Source of the DNA: Candidatus Latescibacterota bacterium
Lineage (GTDB): Bacteria; Latescibacterota; UBA2968; GCA-2709665
Length of the DNA stretch: 64,000 bases
Assembly: GCA_965226795.1 (NCBI GenBank)
Contig: CBDDDZ010000005.1
Location: 2,784,001 to 2,848,000 of the forward strand
Direction: 5' to 3'
Positions 48,701-57,214 of the stretch are shown here, piece after piece. Numbering within the stretch: the stretch's first letter is position 1; every line of letters begins with the position of its first letter. The notes beneath the pieces were generated by a model. It worked only from the letters and a program-made list of their open reading frames with translations. It searched no databases and was not told the origin of the DNA. The position numbers and the translations under genes are program-made.

Positions 48701-50049
48701 GACGTGAACAAAAGGTCCCGTTGCGGCGTCTGCGCCAGGGCGGGGCGGGACGAGGCGTAGTGGTCATCGACCTCCGCGCGGGTGGCCGCATGCAGGTCCC
48801 AGCCGTCCTCGGTGACGGAGTAGCGGACATAGTTGTCGATCAGAGCGCTGATTGCGCCGTCGTCGATGGCATCGCGAATAAAGGCGTTGGGGATGCGGTC
48901 CTGAATGGCGCGCAGATTGACGTGCGACAGTGGAGTCTGGGACACGGTGGAGATGATGCCTGCAACGCGGGGCAGTTCGTTTGGCAGCGCCTCGTAGATC
49001 ACGATGTCGCGGGGGTGGGGACGCTCGTCCGGTTCCATGATCCGCAGAAGACCGTACCCTTCGCCCGGGTTCAACGCAAGGAAGCTGGTTTCGACCAGTA
49101 CGTCTTCGTCGTACACGAGGTTAATTCGGGATGCCTGGTACAACAGCAGGTCTGCCTGGAGTTGCGGAAGCACGGAATTTCGTATCCACAAGGCCAGATT
49201 GTCCTCTAGCAGCGGCATGCCGGCCGCGAGCAGAGTATACGTGCGAGCCACAACACTGGAGGAGTATCCGGTGTTGTATCGGCTGCCTATCCAGTAGCGG
49301 TAGACGCCCATGCTGCCATCGGGTGCGGCAACATCCGGGTCATAGATGATATTGCCGGGGATAAACCCCGGTCCCGCCGAGAGGTTTAACCAACGCAAAA
49401 AGATTCCATGATTCCGGAGTCTCCTGGTGTTCTGAAAGTAAACACGCGGCCGGTCAGTGTCCATGCCGAGCAGAACGAACTTGAGGTTCCATGTATCGCT
49501 GGTTTCTAAGGAGAGACTCTCGAACGTTTCCTGATCGGAAATGGCCAAAACGCCGTACGTGAAGGCAATGGCAACGGCCGGGTTGACCGGGTTCATGCTC
49601 CCCAAGTTATCGAGTTCGGTCAGATCGTCGATGCAGTCGCCGTCTACGTCGGCCGGGTCGGACACCAGGTACTTTTCCACCCGGTAGCGGCCCGCGGGAA
49701 GGGCCGACACGTTCTCGGCCAGCGCCGTCGTACCGGCTTCGCCGCGCTTCACCAGGACCGGATACTCCACCTCCTTTCCGTCGACGTCGTGCTCCACGTA
49801 GAGTACGAAATAGTCATCCGTCGTGGATTCCACCTCGATGGGCACCGCCGTCACCGCCACCGCCACCACCGTCGGATTATAGCCACCCCCTTCACACGGG
49901 TTACCGCCCTGGGCGAAACCGTGGGTGACCAGGGCCAACGAAACGGCCAATGCTGCAAGGGCCTTTGTCGCACTGCGGCGAACAACGCCTATTGTTAATG
50001 AAACCGCGCACGATCTGGATAATTCTAGCCGCGGGATAGGTGGCGTCAT
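45760..50049 (-). CDS. Exported multidomain protein: phospho-His swivel + PPDK_N ATP-grasp (dikinase core), poly-Pro, 2x FN3, cohesin-like, dockerin-like, cadherin
   Basis: Signal-like ALAALAVSLALVTHGFAQ; GIISTVSQTPLSHVNLRA; FGVKAANV; RSSTNNEDLPGFNGAGLYDS; MEIEFK..IKQARP; two FN3 repeats; DFDGSGLVAFADF / YDLNSDGGIGFEDF; RSVAEN..ATDADG. Alternative start at 50109. Confidence 0.88.
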   Translation of the reverse strand: MTPPIPRLELSRSCAVSLTIGVVRRSATKALAALAVSLALVTHGFAQGGNPCEGGGYNPTVVAVAVTAVPIEVESTTDDYFVLYVEHDVDGKEVEYPVLVKRGEAGTTALAENVSALPAGRYRVEKYLVSDPADVDGDCIDDLTELDNLGSMNPVNPAVAIAFTYGVLAISDQETFESLSLETSDTWNLKFVLLGMDTDRPRVYFQNTRRLRNHGIFLRWLNLSAGPGFIPGNIIYDPDVAAPDGSMGVYRYWIGSRYNTGYSSSVVARTYTLLAAGMPLLEDNLALWIRNSVLPQLQADLLLYQASRINLVYDEDVLVETSFLALNPGEGYGLLRIMEPDERPHPRDIVIYEALPNELPRVAGIISTVSQTPLSHVNLRAIQDRIPNAFIRDAIDDGAISALIDNYVRYSVTEDGWDLHAATRAEVDDHYASSRPALAQTPQRDLLFTSIKPLSEIGFGDWKAFGVKAANVAVLGTLGFPEGTAPDGFAIPFYFYDEFMKHNGLYGRIDNMLANEDFQTDFTTQADSLKELRKAIEDASTPEWIIAAIDTMNESFASGINKRYRSSTNNEDLPGFNGAGLYDSKSQKPSEDEEDLAKSLKEVYAGLWNFRAFVERDFHRIDHKAAAMGILVHPSYRDERVNGVAVSFDPAYGTSGSYYVNSQLGEDLVTNPDAHSVPEEILLNSSGTHTVVAFSNQVSQGRLLMSDDQLDQLRRHLGTIHTHFESLYNPVPGDPFAMEIEFKITSDNMLAIKQARPWIFTDAPFAIHNPAVATADALTARFVNPPWTHDGQAFRVRLRFSDDILIFYEDFRDHAVSVTGGTVTGAQRRSGTNYLWEIVTKPESYADVRLELASNRPCTIPGAICTNNGRRLSTRLVHTVRGRVDPPPPPPPPPPPPPPPPPPPPPPPPPPPPPPPPPPPPPSPPPPPTPALSPPDAPVVMETSTTSVTVSWAAPTTNGAPVTGYDLRYRQGSTGEFMDGPQDVAETTATIPGLSPNTAYEVQVRANSAAGDSDWSTLSPVRTPLPPPPPVSPRVTETSSISLTVSWTAPTTHGDPVTGYDLRYRVGSDGDWTEGPQDVTDTSATIAGLDPDTEYEVQVHSNSAAGDGEWTALDIVRTNILILYDRFSLSLDLDNSERDQFVSSTVIAPGGVLPIQVFGVDIRGTRSLDLRVGYDATQVVFAGFDVGDALPNVTALVKQDSTFVEMGIASLGSRAMVDSGLVGTVRFRTTDAFSETEIRVAGVDLIRGDHPEAMTRSVSILLQAVAPPSADFDGSGLVAFADFVGFAGVFGYGEGDAKYESGYDLNSDGGIGFEDFVIFAKSFGKTVNRAPLFTVMPPVTRSVAENAPAGEAIGDPIAATDADGNELTYSLWGADADHFDIEPDTGQILTKGTYDFEEKRGYAAIVRTSDGRGGRVSLVVNIDVSDVEE
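47266..47394 (-). repeat. Polyproline-encoding low-complexity tract
   Basis: 37 consecutive Pro codons (47284-47394), then Ser, then 5 Pro; internal 18-bp near-tandem units GGTGGAGGCGGAGGCGGG. Confidence 0.95.
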
Positions 50050-50503
50050 TATCAGACTCCCGTTATCCAAGATCCGGCTGGCGAATAGACAAAAAAATAC
50101 CCGATTCATCCCTCCGCTACGTAGCGAAGAGGATGCGGGAAGATTCTAACCATTCGCAGGGGACATGGCAGCTACCCATACAAATTGACTATTGAACTCG
50201 ACGGGTTACCGCACCCACGTGCGATGCAACTATTGGGACAGAGGAAATATACCGCGAGCCGCGTGAAATTGGTGTGGTATATCGGTCAGTTTGATGGTTT
50301 TTTAGTGGAAACAAGACCCAACTGGTATATTGAGGGAGGCGCATGCCGGCAGCGAAAAGCCGGAATTGCGTCTGGCAGACCGATGAGCGAGGAGGTGCGT
50401 TGGAAGGAGAGGTAAAGACGGTGAGTGGACCGGCTCCCACCCGGCGGCAGGAAACAGCGGGTTACGGGGCGCGCAGTCGGCCGCCCACAGTCCCACCCGA
50501 TGG

Positions 50504-50532
50504 TTGACAGTTTGGTATGAATTCAATATCCT
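50504..50532 (+). promoter_or_regulatory. Putative sigma70 promoter for the thermonuclease gene
   Basis: TTGACA-17nt-TATCCT, ~40 nt before ATG 50573. Confidence 0.55.
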
Positions 50533-50572
50533 GTTGCGTTTACATATCTCAAGCCATATTCCGGAGCGCGCT

Positions 50573-50971
50573 ATGGTATGGATTCTCGTTGTTCTTGCCG
50601 CATTGTCGGCAGCTGAGCGGAAGCCGTCGATGTCAACAAGGTACGAAGCAACCGTGGTTTCCGTCTACGATGGCGATACGTTCACCGTTGACGTGGCCCT
50701 CTGGCCGGGCCTGACCTGGCGCGGTAAGGTACGCGTGCGGGGTGTGGATACGCCGGAGATTCAGACGAAGAGCAAGAGGGAAAAGAAACGCGCGTTGCTT
50801 GCCCGCGATTTTGTCCGTGCACGGATCGGCAAAACCGTTTTCCTGGAAAACGTGAAGCAGGGCAACTTCTCCGGGCGCGTCGTGGCAACCGTCAGACTAC
50901 CGGATGGGTCCAACCTCGCGAAGATCCTGATACGGGAAGGGCACGGGAAGGCCTACAAAAGGCGGCGATGA
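50573..50971 (+). CDS. Thermonuclease (SNase-like) family protein with signal peptide
   Basis: VVSVYDGDT, VRVRGVDTPE, GRVVA.V, LIREGHG; hydrophobic N-terminus. Confidence 0.88.
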   Translation: MVWILVVLAALSAAERKPSMSTRYEATVVSVYDGDTFTVDVALWPGLTWRGKVRVRGVDTPEIQTKSKREKKRALLARDFVRARIGKTVFLENVKQGNFSGRVVATVRLPDGSNLAKILIREGHGKAYKRRR

Positions 50972-51015
50972 ACGTCCGGTAGAGGCAAGAGGGAAGACGC
51001 GAGGGGCCGCAAGGC

Positions 51016-51039
51016 GGGCGGTTCGCGAACCGCCCCTAC
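51016..51039. repeat. GTAG-type REP palindrome / bidirectional terminator
   Basis: GGGCGGTTCGCGAACCGCCC-CTAC between convergent genes. Confidence 0.65.
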
Positions 51040-51779
51040 TTGAGAGAGATGATTTCGCGCTGGGACGGGCTGAGGCGGTCGGCGAAGCCGGGGCTGAAAC
51101 GGAGGTGCTGTCCGCCCCAATCCGGCATATAGCCGATGCTGTAGCAGTAGTAGAGCGTGCGACGCGGACGTCCGGACACGTTTACCGTGGATCCGTGGGT
51201 AAGCGCTTCCGTGAACAGAATGGCGTCGCCGGCGCGCGCCGGAACGGCCCGTAACGGGGGAATTTCATCTGGATGACTGCCCCATGGCCTCACGAAATTG
51301 CTTTTGTGCGCCCCCGGGATCACCGCGAAGCAGCCGTCTTCGGGCCCACAATCGAGCATCGGGAACACCGCCTTGGTGAGCGTTGACACCATCTGGCCGT
51401 TGCGGCAGTGGTACTGGCATTTCGGGATGATCGGCGTACCGTGCATGTGCATCCCGGTATAGCCGCCGCCCCACCGATAGATGGTGTAGGTGTGGTTGAG
51501 GCGATACGGACCGCCGGTAACGCATTCGACGGCGCCCAGCAATTCGGGCAGATCCATCAACGGAACCAACGCGTCGTCGCCCTCGATGATGTTCGAAATG
51601 TAGAGGTTTTCGGGCGAACGCTCCTGGCCGAGGACCAGCGGCGGGGGGTAATCCGAGGGGTCCATCGTCTCGAACCGGTCCAGCGCGGCGTTGCAGGCCG
51701 CCACCAGCGCCGGTGGTACGACCTGCTCCAGGACAACGTAGCCCTGCAGGTCGAAGAGATATTTCTGTTCCGGGGTCAT
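51036..51779 (-). CDS. Phytanoyl-CoA dioxygenase (PhyH) family protein
   Basis: YLFDLQGYVVL, DGCFAVIPGAHKS, AGDAILFTEALTHG, RRTL.Y.Y. Confidence 0.88.
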   Translation of the reverse strand: MTPEQKYLFDLQGYVVLEQVVPPALVAACNAALDRFETMDPSDYPPPLVLGQERSPENLYISNIIEGDDALVPLMDLPELLGAVECVTGGPYRLNHTYTIYRWGGGYTGMHMHGTPIIPKCQYHCRNGQMVSTLTKAVFPMLDCGPEDGCFAVIPGAHKSNFVRPWGSHPDEIPPLRAVPARAGDAILFTEALTHGSTVNVSGRPRRTLYYCYSIGYMPDWGGQHLRFSPGFADRLSPSQREIISLK

Positions 51780-51829
51780 CTCGCCTCCTCATTTACCGAT
51801 TTAGCCAACCATTCGCCCGGAGGAATCCA

Positions 51830-53011
51830 ATGTCCAATCCGAACGTTCAACCGCTCGCCCAGGATTTCGTCATTGCGGCGCGCGTGCCCGATCCGGCGCG
51901 GTATTTCTTCCACGACCCCGACCTGGCCCGGCTGGACGACGGCACGCTGCTACTGGCCGCGCCGCAATGGCACCGCCCGGGTTGGGATTATTGCCGCCGT
52001 CTGCGACTCCTCCGGAGCGATGACGGGGGCCTTACCTGGGAGGAGCTTCCCGGCCTGCCCTACGAAGAGGCCACCCCGTTCGTGCTGGACGGGCAACTCC
52101 TCATGTTCGTCCAGGAAAAATGCCACAAAGACTTCCTCGTTGTGGCCAGCGAAGACAAAGGCGGAAGCTGGACCGATCCCGTAACGGTCATTGAAGGTCC
52201 CATCTGGAACATCTCCACCTCACGGGTCCTTCGCCCCGAGGCCCTCTACTGGACAATGGACTACGATCTGCCCAACCAGGGACACGGCGGAAAGACGATG
52301 CTCCGTCTGGATCGGAGCATGGCGCCACTCGACCCGGGAGCATGGACGCTCTCCAATATCGTGCGGCAACCGGAGGTCCCCGCCACGATGACCCGCAATC
52401 TCTTTCCAGACGGCGAACGCCCCCAGCTTTCTGGCGGGTGGAGAGACCCGCTCGTGTGGCTGGAACCCAACACGGTAGAAGTCAACGGCCGTATCCGCGC
52501 CTTCTGCCGATGCGTTTTCGACGAATACGCGGCCGCCCATATTGCCGCGGTATTCGACTACGATCCGGAGGCGCATCGACTGCGCTTTACGCAATTTGCG
52601 GCCTGGCCCGGCGCACAGTGCAAGTTCTACATCATCCACGATCGATCAGAATCCATGTACTGGATGCTGAGCAACCTCATCACAAACTCCCAGGACATTC
52701 TGGGCTGGGGTGAACGCATGCGCGAATCCGGCTATCACGGAGGCCCGGGCAACGAGCGGCGGTGGCTCTACCTGCACTACGGCATCGACTGCCTCAACTG
52801 GTTCCCGGCCGGTTGCGTGGCCCGCTGGCCGGACAACGTCTACCGCAGCTTCATGTATCCCAGCGCCGTCGTGGATGGGGACGACTTCGTTGTGCTCTCG
52901 CGGACCAGCCGGGACTCGGGAGACCAGCACGACGCCGACCTCTGCACCATCCACCGAATTCGAGACTACCGCAGCCTGGCCATGGACCTGCACGCGGGCG
53001 GTCTTCACTGA
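51830..53011 (+). CDS. Sialidase/BNR-repeat beta-propeller protein
   Basis: Asp-boxes SDDGGLTW and SEDKGGSW; YPSAVVDGDD, HDAD; GGAGG RBS. Confidence 0.75.
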   Translation: MSNPNVQPLAQDFVIAARVPDPARYFFHDPDLARLDDGTLLLAAPQWHRPGWDYCRRLRLLRSDDGGLTWEELPGLPYEEATPFVLDGQLLMFVQEKCHKDFLVVASEDKGGSWTDPVTVIEGPIWNISTSRVLRPEALYWTMDYDLPNQGHGGKTMLRLDRSMAPLDPGAWTLSNIVRQPEVPATMTRNLFPDGERPQLSGGWRDPLVWLEPNTVEVNGRIRAFCRCVFDEYAAAHIAAVFDYDPEAHRLRFTQFAAWPGAQCKFYIIHDRSESMYWMLSNLITNSQDILGWGERMRESGYHGGPGNERRWLYLHYGIDCLNWFPAGCVARWPDNVYRSFMYPSAVVDGDDFVVLSRTSRDSGDQHDADLCTIHRIRDYRSLAMDLHAGGLH

Positions 53012-53017
53012 GTCCGG

Positions 53018-53746
53018 TCACGTCTTCGCAAGGATATTCAGATACGCCTCCACCGTGTTCGCCAACCCCATCTCCAGCGCTTCGCCGATCAACGCGTGGC
53101 CGATCGACACTTCCAGGACGCCGGGGATTGAACAGAACCTGCCCAGGTTCTCCAGGTTCAGATCGTGCCCCGCGTTGACGCCAAGGCCCGCTTCCTGAGC
53201 GAATCGGGCCGCGTTTGCGTAACCCGCAAAGACGGCCTCCAGATCCTTATCCTCTCGAAACGCATCCGCATAGGGCTCCGTGTAGAGCTCGATTCGGTCC
53301 GCCCCCGCCTGCGCGGCTCTCGGGATCTCGTCCGAGTCGTAGTCCATAAACAGGCTCACGCGGCTGCCCAGCGCCTTCAACTCCTGAATGACGGGCTGCA
53401 GGCGGTCCCCCTCTCCGGAGAGATTCCAGCCTTGATCCGACGTAAACGCGTCCGGCGAATCCGGCACCAGCGTGCACTGCGTGGGCCTTATCTTCCGTAC
53501 AATGTCCAGGTACCCTTCCTCGAAGGGGTTCCCCTCGATGTTGAACTCCACGTCCGTAACGAGCGCGTTCAAATCGTACACATCCGAGGGCCGGACGTGC
53601 CGCTGGTCGGGCCGGGGATGAACGGTAATACCGTACGCTCCGGCTTCGATGCAGATCTGAGCGGCCCGGGTCACGCTCGGGATGCCGATCGTCCGGGTAT
53701 TCCGGAGCAGCGCCACCTTGTTAACGTTCACGCTGAGTCGGGTCAT
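53018..53746 (-). CDS. pdxJ: Pyridoxine 5'-phosphate synthase
   Basis: LSVNVNKVALLRN.R, GITVHPRPDQRH, NIEG, IELYT, VNAGHDL, EVSIGHAL. Confidence 0.95.
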   Translation of the reverse strand: MTRLSVNVNKVALLRNTRTIGIPSVTRAAQICIEAGAYGITVHPRPDQRHVRPSDVYDLNALVTDVEFNIEGNPFEEGYLDIVRKIRPTQCTLVPDSPDAFTSDQGWNLSGEGDRLQPVIQELKALGSRVSLFMDYDSDEIPRAAQAGADRIELYTEPYADAFREDKDLEAVFAGYANAARFAQEAGLGVNAGHDLNLENLGRFCSIPGVLEVSIGHALIGEALEMGLANTVEAYLNILAKT

Positions 53747-53937
53747 CTCAGTTGCCTTTCCTGGATTCCAATTTCAGGTTGTGTCCGCCAGATGCGGGTA
53801 TCGTGATTCACTTGAAATATAGCCTCTCTGAAATCCGTTTACAAGGCACAATCACCCGCTTCCGCCAGTAGTACACGAGACAGGGGCCATCAGATAAACC
53901 GTCCGTAGGAAACGAGCGCATCCCTCAGGCAAAAGCC

Positions 53938-53967
53938 TTGCAAAATGGCAAATCGCTCCGTTATATT
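53938..53967 (+). promoter_or_regulatory. Possible sigma70 promoter
   Basis: TTGCAA-18nt-TATATT upstream of the zeta-like gene. Confidence 0.35.
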
Positions 53968-54035
53968 GAGACCCGCGCTCGCGTGGAAGGCGAACCAAGG
54001 GCGACCTTTCCCATCTGACTATCCCTGTGACGGCT

Positions 54036-54650
54036 ATGTCGAGTCCGCAGCTTGTCGTTATTGGAGGACCCAATGGCGCCGGCAAGAGCACGGCCGCGCC
54101 ACAGCTATTGCGAGATGCGCTGGATGTAGCGGAATTTGTCAACGCTGACGCCATTGCCTCGGGACTTTCGGGCTTCCACCCGGAGTCGGCCGCACTTCAG
54201 GCAGGCCGTGTCATGTTGAAACGGGTCCGCCGTCTGGCTTCGAACCGAGCTGATTTTGCGTTTGAGTCAACGCTAGCAAGCCGCGGTTTTGCTCCATGGA
54301 TTGACCGCCTCAAACAGAGCGGATATGTCTTCCGATTGGCATTTTTGTGGTTGCCTAATCCGGACGTGGCTATCGCGCGAGTCGCGGCGCGGGTACGAGC
54401 AGGAGGTCACGACATTCCTGACTCAACGATTCGACGGCGGTACTACTCCGGGCTTCGTAACTTTTTCAGACTGTACCGTCCGATTGCGAATGATTGGCGT
54501 TTTTACGATAGTACTGCAACCTCGGGGCCCCGTTTGATCTCAATGGGAGAAAGCACTGCTGATATCGAAGTCCGGGACGTCAATCTGTGGACACGCATTA
54601 AGGAAGGTGTACAAGACTGTGAGAAGGTCATCCAAAAAAGACATCGGTAA
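54036..54650 (+). CDS. Zeta-toxin-like P-loop ATPase/kinase
   Basis: GGPNGAGKST, FVNADAIA, FAFESTL, RVAARVRAGGHDIP..IRRRY. Confidence 0.88.
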   Translation: MSSPQLVVIGGPNGAGKSTAAPQLLRDALDVAEFVNADAIASGLSGFHPESAALQAGRVMLKRVRRLASNRADFAFESTLASRGFAPWIDRLKQSGYVFRLAFLWLPNPDVAIARVAARVRAGGHDIPDSTIRRRYYSGLRNFFRLYRPIANDWRFYDSTATSGPRLISMGESTADIEVRDVNLWTRIKEGVQDCEKVIQKRHR

Positions 54651-54828
54651 AATCTTCAAGGAAGGCACATTGATAGACAATGCCTTGAAGGAAGCTGTCC
54701 GAGAGGCGCTTTTGCATCACAAACGCAACGGGAATTCCGTCGTTACCTGGAAAGACGGAAAGGTCGTGTGGATTCCCGCCGATCAGATTGAGGTGGATAT
54801 GGAAACCGACCGGGAACCCGGCGGATGA
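54619..54828 (+). CDS. Small conserved protein accompanying the zeta-like ATPase (putative antitoxin)
   Basis: Overlaps the 3' end of the ATPase; AVREALLHHKRNGNSVVTWKDGKVVWIP. Confidence 0.7.
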   Translation: MRRSSKKDIGKIFKEGTLIDNALKEAVREALLHHKRNGNSVVTWKDGKVVWIPADQIEVDMETDREPGG

Positions 54829-56267
54829 ACCCGGCCAATCTGCTATTCATCCTCTCCGACCAGCACACGCGGGACATCACGGGTTGCTACGGGCACCCGG
54901 TCGTCCGGACGCCCAACATCGACAGCCTGGCCGGGCGCGGAACCCGCTTCACCAGCGCCTACACGAACTGCCCCATCTGCGTGCCCGCCCGCGCCTCCCT
55001 CGCGACTGGACGATACGTCCACCAGACCGGAAACTGGGACAACGCCTTTGCCTACGATGGCAGCGTACCCAGTTGGGGCCACCGCCTCAGGGAGCAGGGA
55101 TTTCAGGTCGCTTCCATCGGTAAACTGCACTTCCGCTCCGCGGAGGACGATAACGGTTTTTCACAGGAAATCGATCCGCTTCACGTTGTGGACGGCGTTG
55201 GGGACATCCTGAGTTGCATCCGGGATCGCTCCCCGTTCCGCGACAAGCGCGCCGGTATTCTCAACGCCGGCCCCGGAGACTCCACCTATCTGCAGTACGA
55301 CGTTTCAAACGCCGACCGAGCGTGCGCCTGGCTGTCCGAGCGCAAGGACAACGACAGGCCGTGGGTCCTGTTTCTCTCCTTTGTCTGTCCACATCCCCCC
55401 TACGTCGCACCCCCCGATCTCTTCGAGATGTATCCGCCGGAGCAGCTTCCCCTACCCGCCCAGTGGCGTCACGAGGACTGGCCCGACCATCCGGCCATAC
55501 GCCGCTTCCGCCGTTTCTTCAACTACGACCGGCCCTTTACGGAAACCCAATTACACAACCTGACAGCCGCCTACTACGGGACGTGTACGCACCTGGACCG
55601 TCAGATCGGCCGTGTCCTGAACGCGCTCGAAGTCCACAACCTGGCCGACACGACCCGAATCCTCTACACCTCCGACCACGGCGAATCGCTGGGCGCGCGG
55701 GGCCTCTTCGGCAAATTCACCATGTATGAGGAAGCCGCCTCCATCCCGCTCATCCTCGCCGGTCCGGACGTTCCATCGGGCCGCGTGGTGGGCACTCCCG
55801 TATCCCTTGTGGATAGCTTTCCCACGGTTCTCGAGTGCGCGGCCGCCGCGCCTGAGCCCGATCCCCTTCCCGGCCGGTCCCTTTGGCAGATCGCTCGGAA
55901 CGCCGACGAGAATCGAACCGTTTTCAGCGAATACCACGCCGTCGGCTCCCGTAATGCCACATACATGCTCCGGGATCGAACGTGGAAGTACATACACTAC
56001 GTGAACGAACCACCACAGCTCTTCAACCTCAAAGACGACCCGAAAGAAACAACGGATCTCTCGTCTTCCCCGGACCATCAGACCACCCTGAAATCCCTCG
56101 AACGGCGGCTCCGCGAACTTCTGGATCCCGAAGCCGCGGACGCCCGCGCGAAGTCAGCCCAGCAGGCACGGATCAACCGCTTCGGCGGCGAAGAAACCGT
56201 TCGCAACCGGGGGGCCTTCGACAACTCGCCGGTTCCGGGCGAGTCGCCGGCCTTTCGGGTCCACTGA
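54825..56267 (+). CDS. Sulfatase (choline-sulfatase-like)
   Basis: NLLFILSDQH, TPNID, CVPARASLATG (CxPxR formylglycine motif), GKLH, YTSDHG, K..MYE. Confidence 0.92.
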   Translation: MNPANLLFILSDQHTRDITGCYGHPVVRTPNIDSLAGRGTRFTSAYTNCPICVPARASLATGRYVHQTGNWDNAFAYDGSVPSWGHRLREQGFQVASIGKLHFRSAEDDNGFSQEIDPLHVVDGVGDILSCIRDRSPFRDKRAGILNAGPGDSTYLQYDVSNADRACAWLSERKDNDRPWVLFLSFVCPHPPYVAPPDLFEMYPPEQLPLPAQWRHEDWPDHPAIRRFRRFFNYDRPFTETQLHNLTAAYYGTCTHLDRQIGRVLNALEVHNLADTTRILYTSDHGESLGARGLFGKFTMYEEAASIPLILAGPDVPSGRVVGTPVSLVDSFPTVLECAAAAPEPDPLPGRSLWQIARNADENRTVFSEYHAVGSRNATYMLRDRTWKYIHYVNEPPQLFNLKDDPKETTDLSSSPDHQTTLKSLERRLRELLDPEAADARAKSAQQARINRFGGEETVRNRGAFDNSPVPGESPAFRVH

Positions 56268-56334
56268 GGCGCGCGACCGGACACGCCACTCGTCACTTTC
56301 CCGGACTCAGTTAACGAGTATAGGAGCCGCAACC

Positions 56335-57087
56335 GTGACCAACGAAGAAAAATTCAGCTTCGACCTGGAGGGCTACCTGGTTGTCAGGAACGTCCTCACC
56401 GTCGACGATCTGAAAAGGTTGAACGCAGTTACGGACGGGATCCTATCCGAAGGCGCCGAGTCCGGGGCGAGCATAGTCGATCGGGTCTCCTGCTGGGGAC
56501 CCGAACTTCAGGCACTGATGGATCACCACGGGATTGTGCCGTACCTGCTCGAGTTGCTGGGCCCGAAATTCCGCATCGACCACGACTACTGCATCTTTAT
56601 GAAGAAAGGTGCGACGCGCGGAGGGCTGCACGGCGGCGAAACCGACCTCGAGGGGGACCACTGGTACAAATATCGAGACGGCGTGATGCGCAACGGCCTC
56701 ACCGTCGTCACCTACTTTCTCTCGCCCGCAAGAGCCGGTGACGGCGGGTTCGTCTGCGTCCCCGGCAGCCATAAATCCAACTTCATCAACAGCCTGCCCC
56801 GGGACGTCCGGCGCTTCGAACGCGACGCCCATTACGTGTTACAGCCCGAAGTGGAAGCGGGTGACGCGCTCATCTTCACGGAAGCCCTCATCCACGGGAC
56901 AAAACCCTGGACGGCTGATTACAATCGCCGCGCCCTGCTCTACAAATACAGCCCAGGGCACTCGGCCTGGTCCCAGGGATATTACGACCCCGGGGAATAC
57001 CCGGACCTCACGGACCAGCAGCGGCGTCTCATGGCGCCTCCCTCCGTCGGAAAACGCCCGGATACCATTGAGGTCACCGGGGAGTAG
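56335..57087 (+). CDS. Phytanoyl-CoA dioxygenase (PhyH) family protein
   Basis: FDLEGYLVV, LHGG, GGFVCVPGSHKS, AGDALIFTEALIHG, RRALLYKY. Confidence 0.88.
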   Translation: MTNEEKFSFDLEGYLVVRNVLTVDDLKRLNAVTDGILSEGAESGASIVDRVSCWGPELQALMDHHGIVPYLLELLGPKFRIDHDYCIFMKKGATRGGLHGGETDLEGDHWYKYRDGVMRNGLTVVTYFLSPARAGDGGFVCVPGSHKSNFINSLPRDVRRFERDAHYVLQPEVEAGDALIFTEALIHGTKPWTADYNRRALLYKYSPGHSAWSQGYYDPGEYPDLTDQQRRLMAPPSVGKRPDTIEVTGE

Positions 57088-57214
57088 CCCCAGTCCGTAC
57101 CGCTTCCGTCGTCTTTTCCCCTGGCCGGGAACAGACATGATCCTCCGGAGATCCCTTCAGCACCCTCGGTGCGGCGTTTTTTCGACGGTTTCGCAATCGA
57201 TAGGAGACCCTGCA

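Noticed and set aside
50150..50500. ncRNA or IS remnant between the dikinase and thermonuclease genes
   Set aside because: No recognisable family motif, terminal repeat or second copy in the window
56738..57214. N-terminal extension of MmsA (645-aa ORF)
   Set aside because: Overlaps the PhyH gene in another frame; an AGGAG RBS supports ATG 57215
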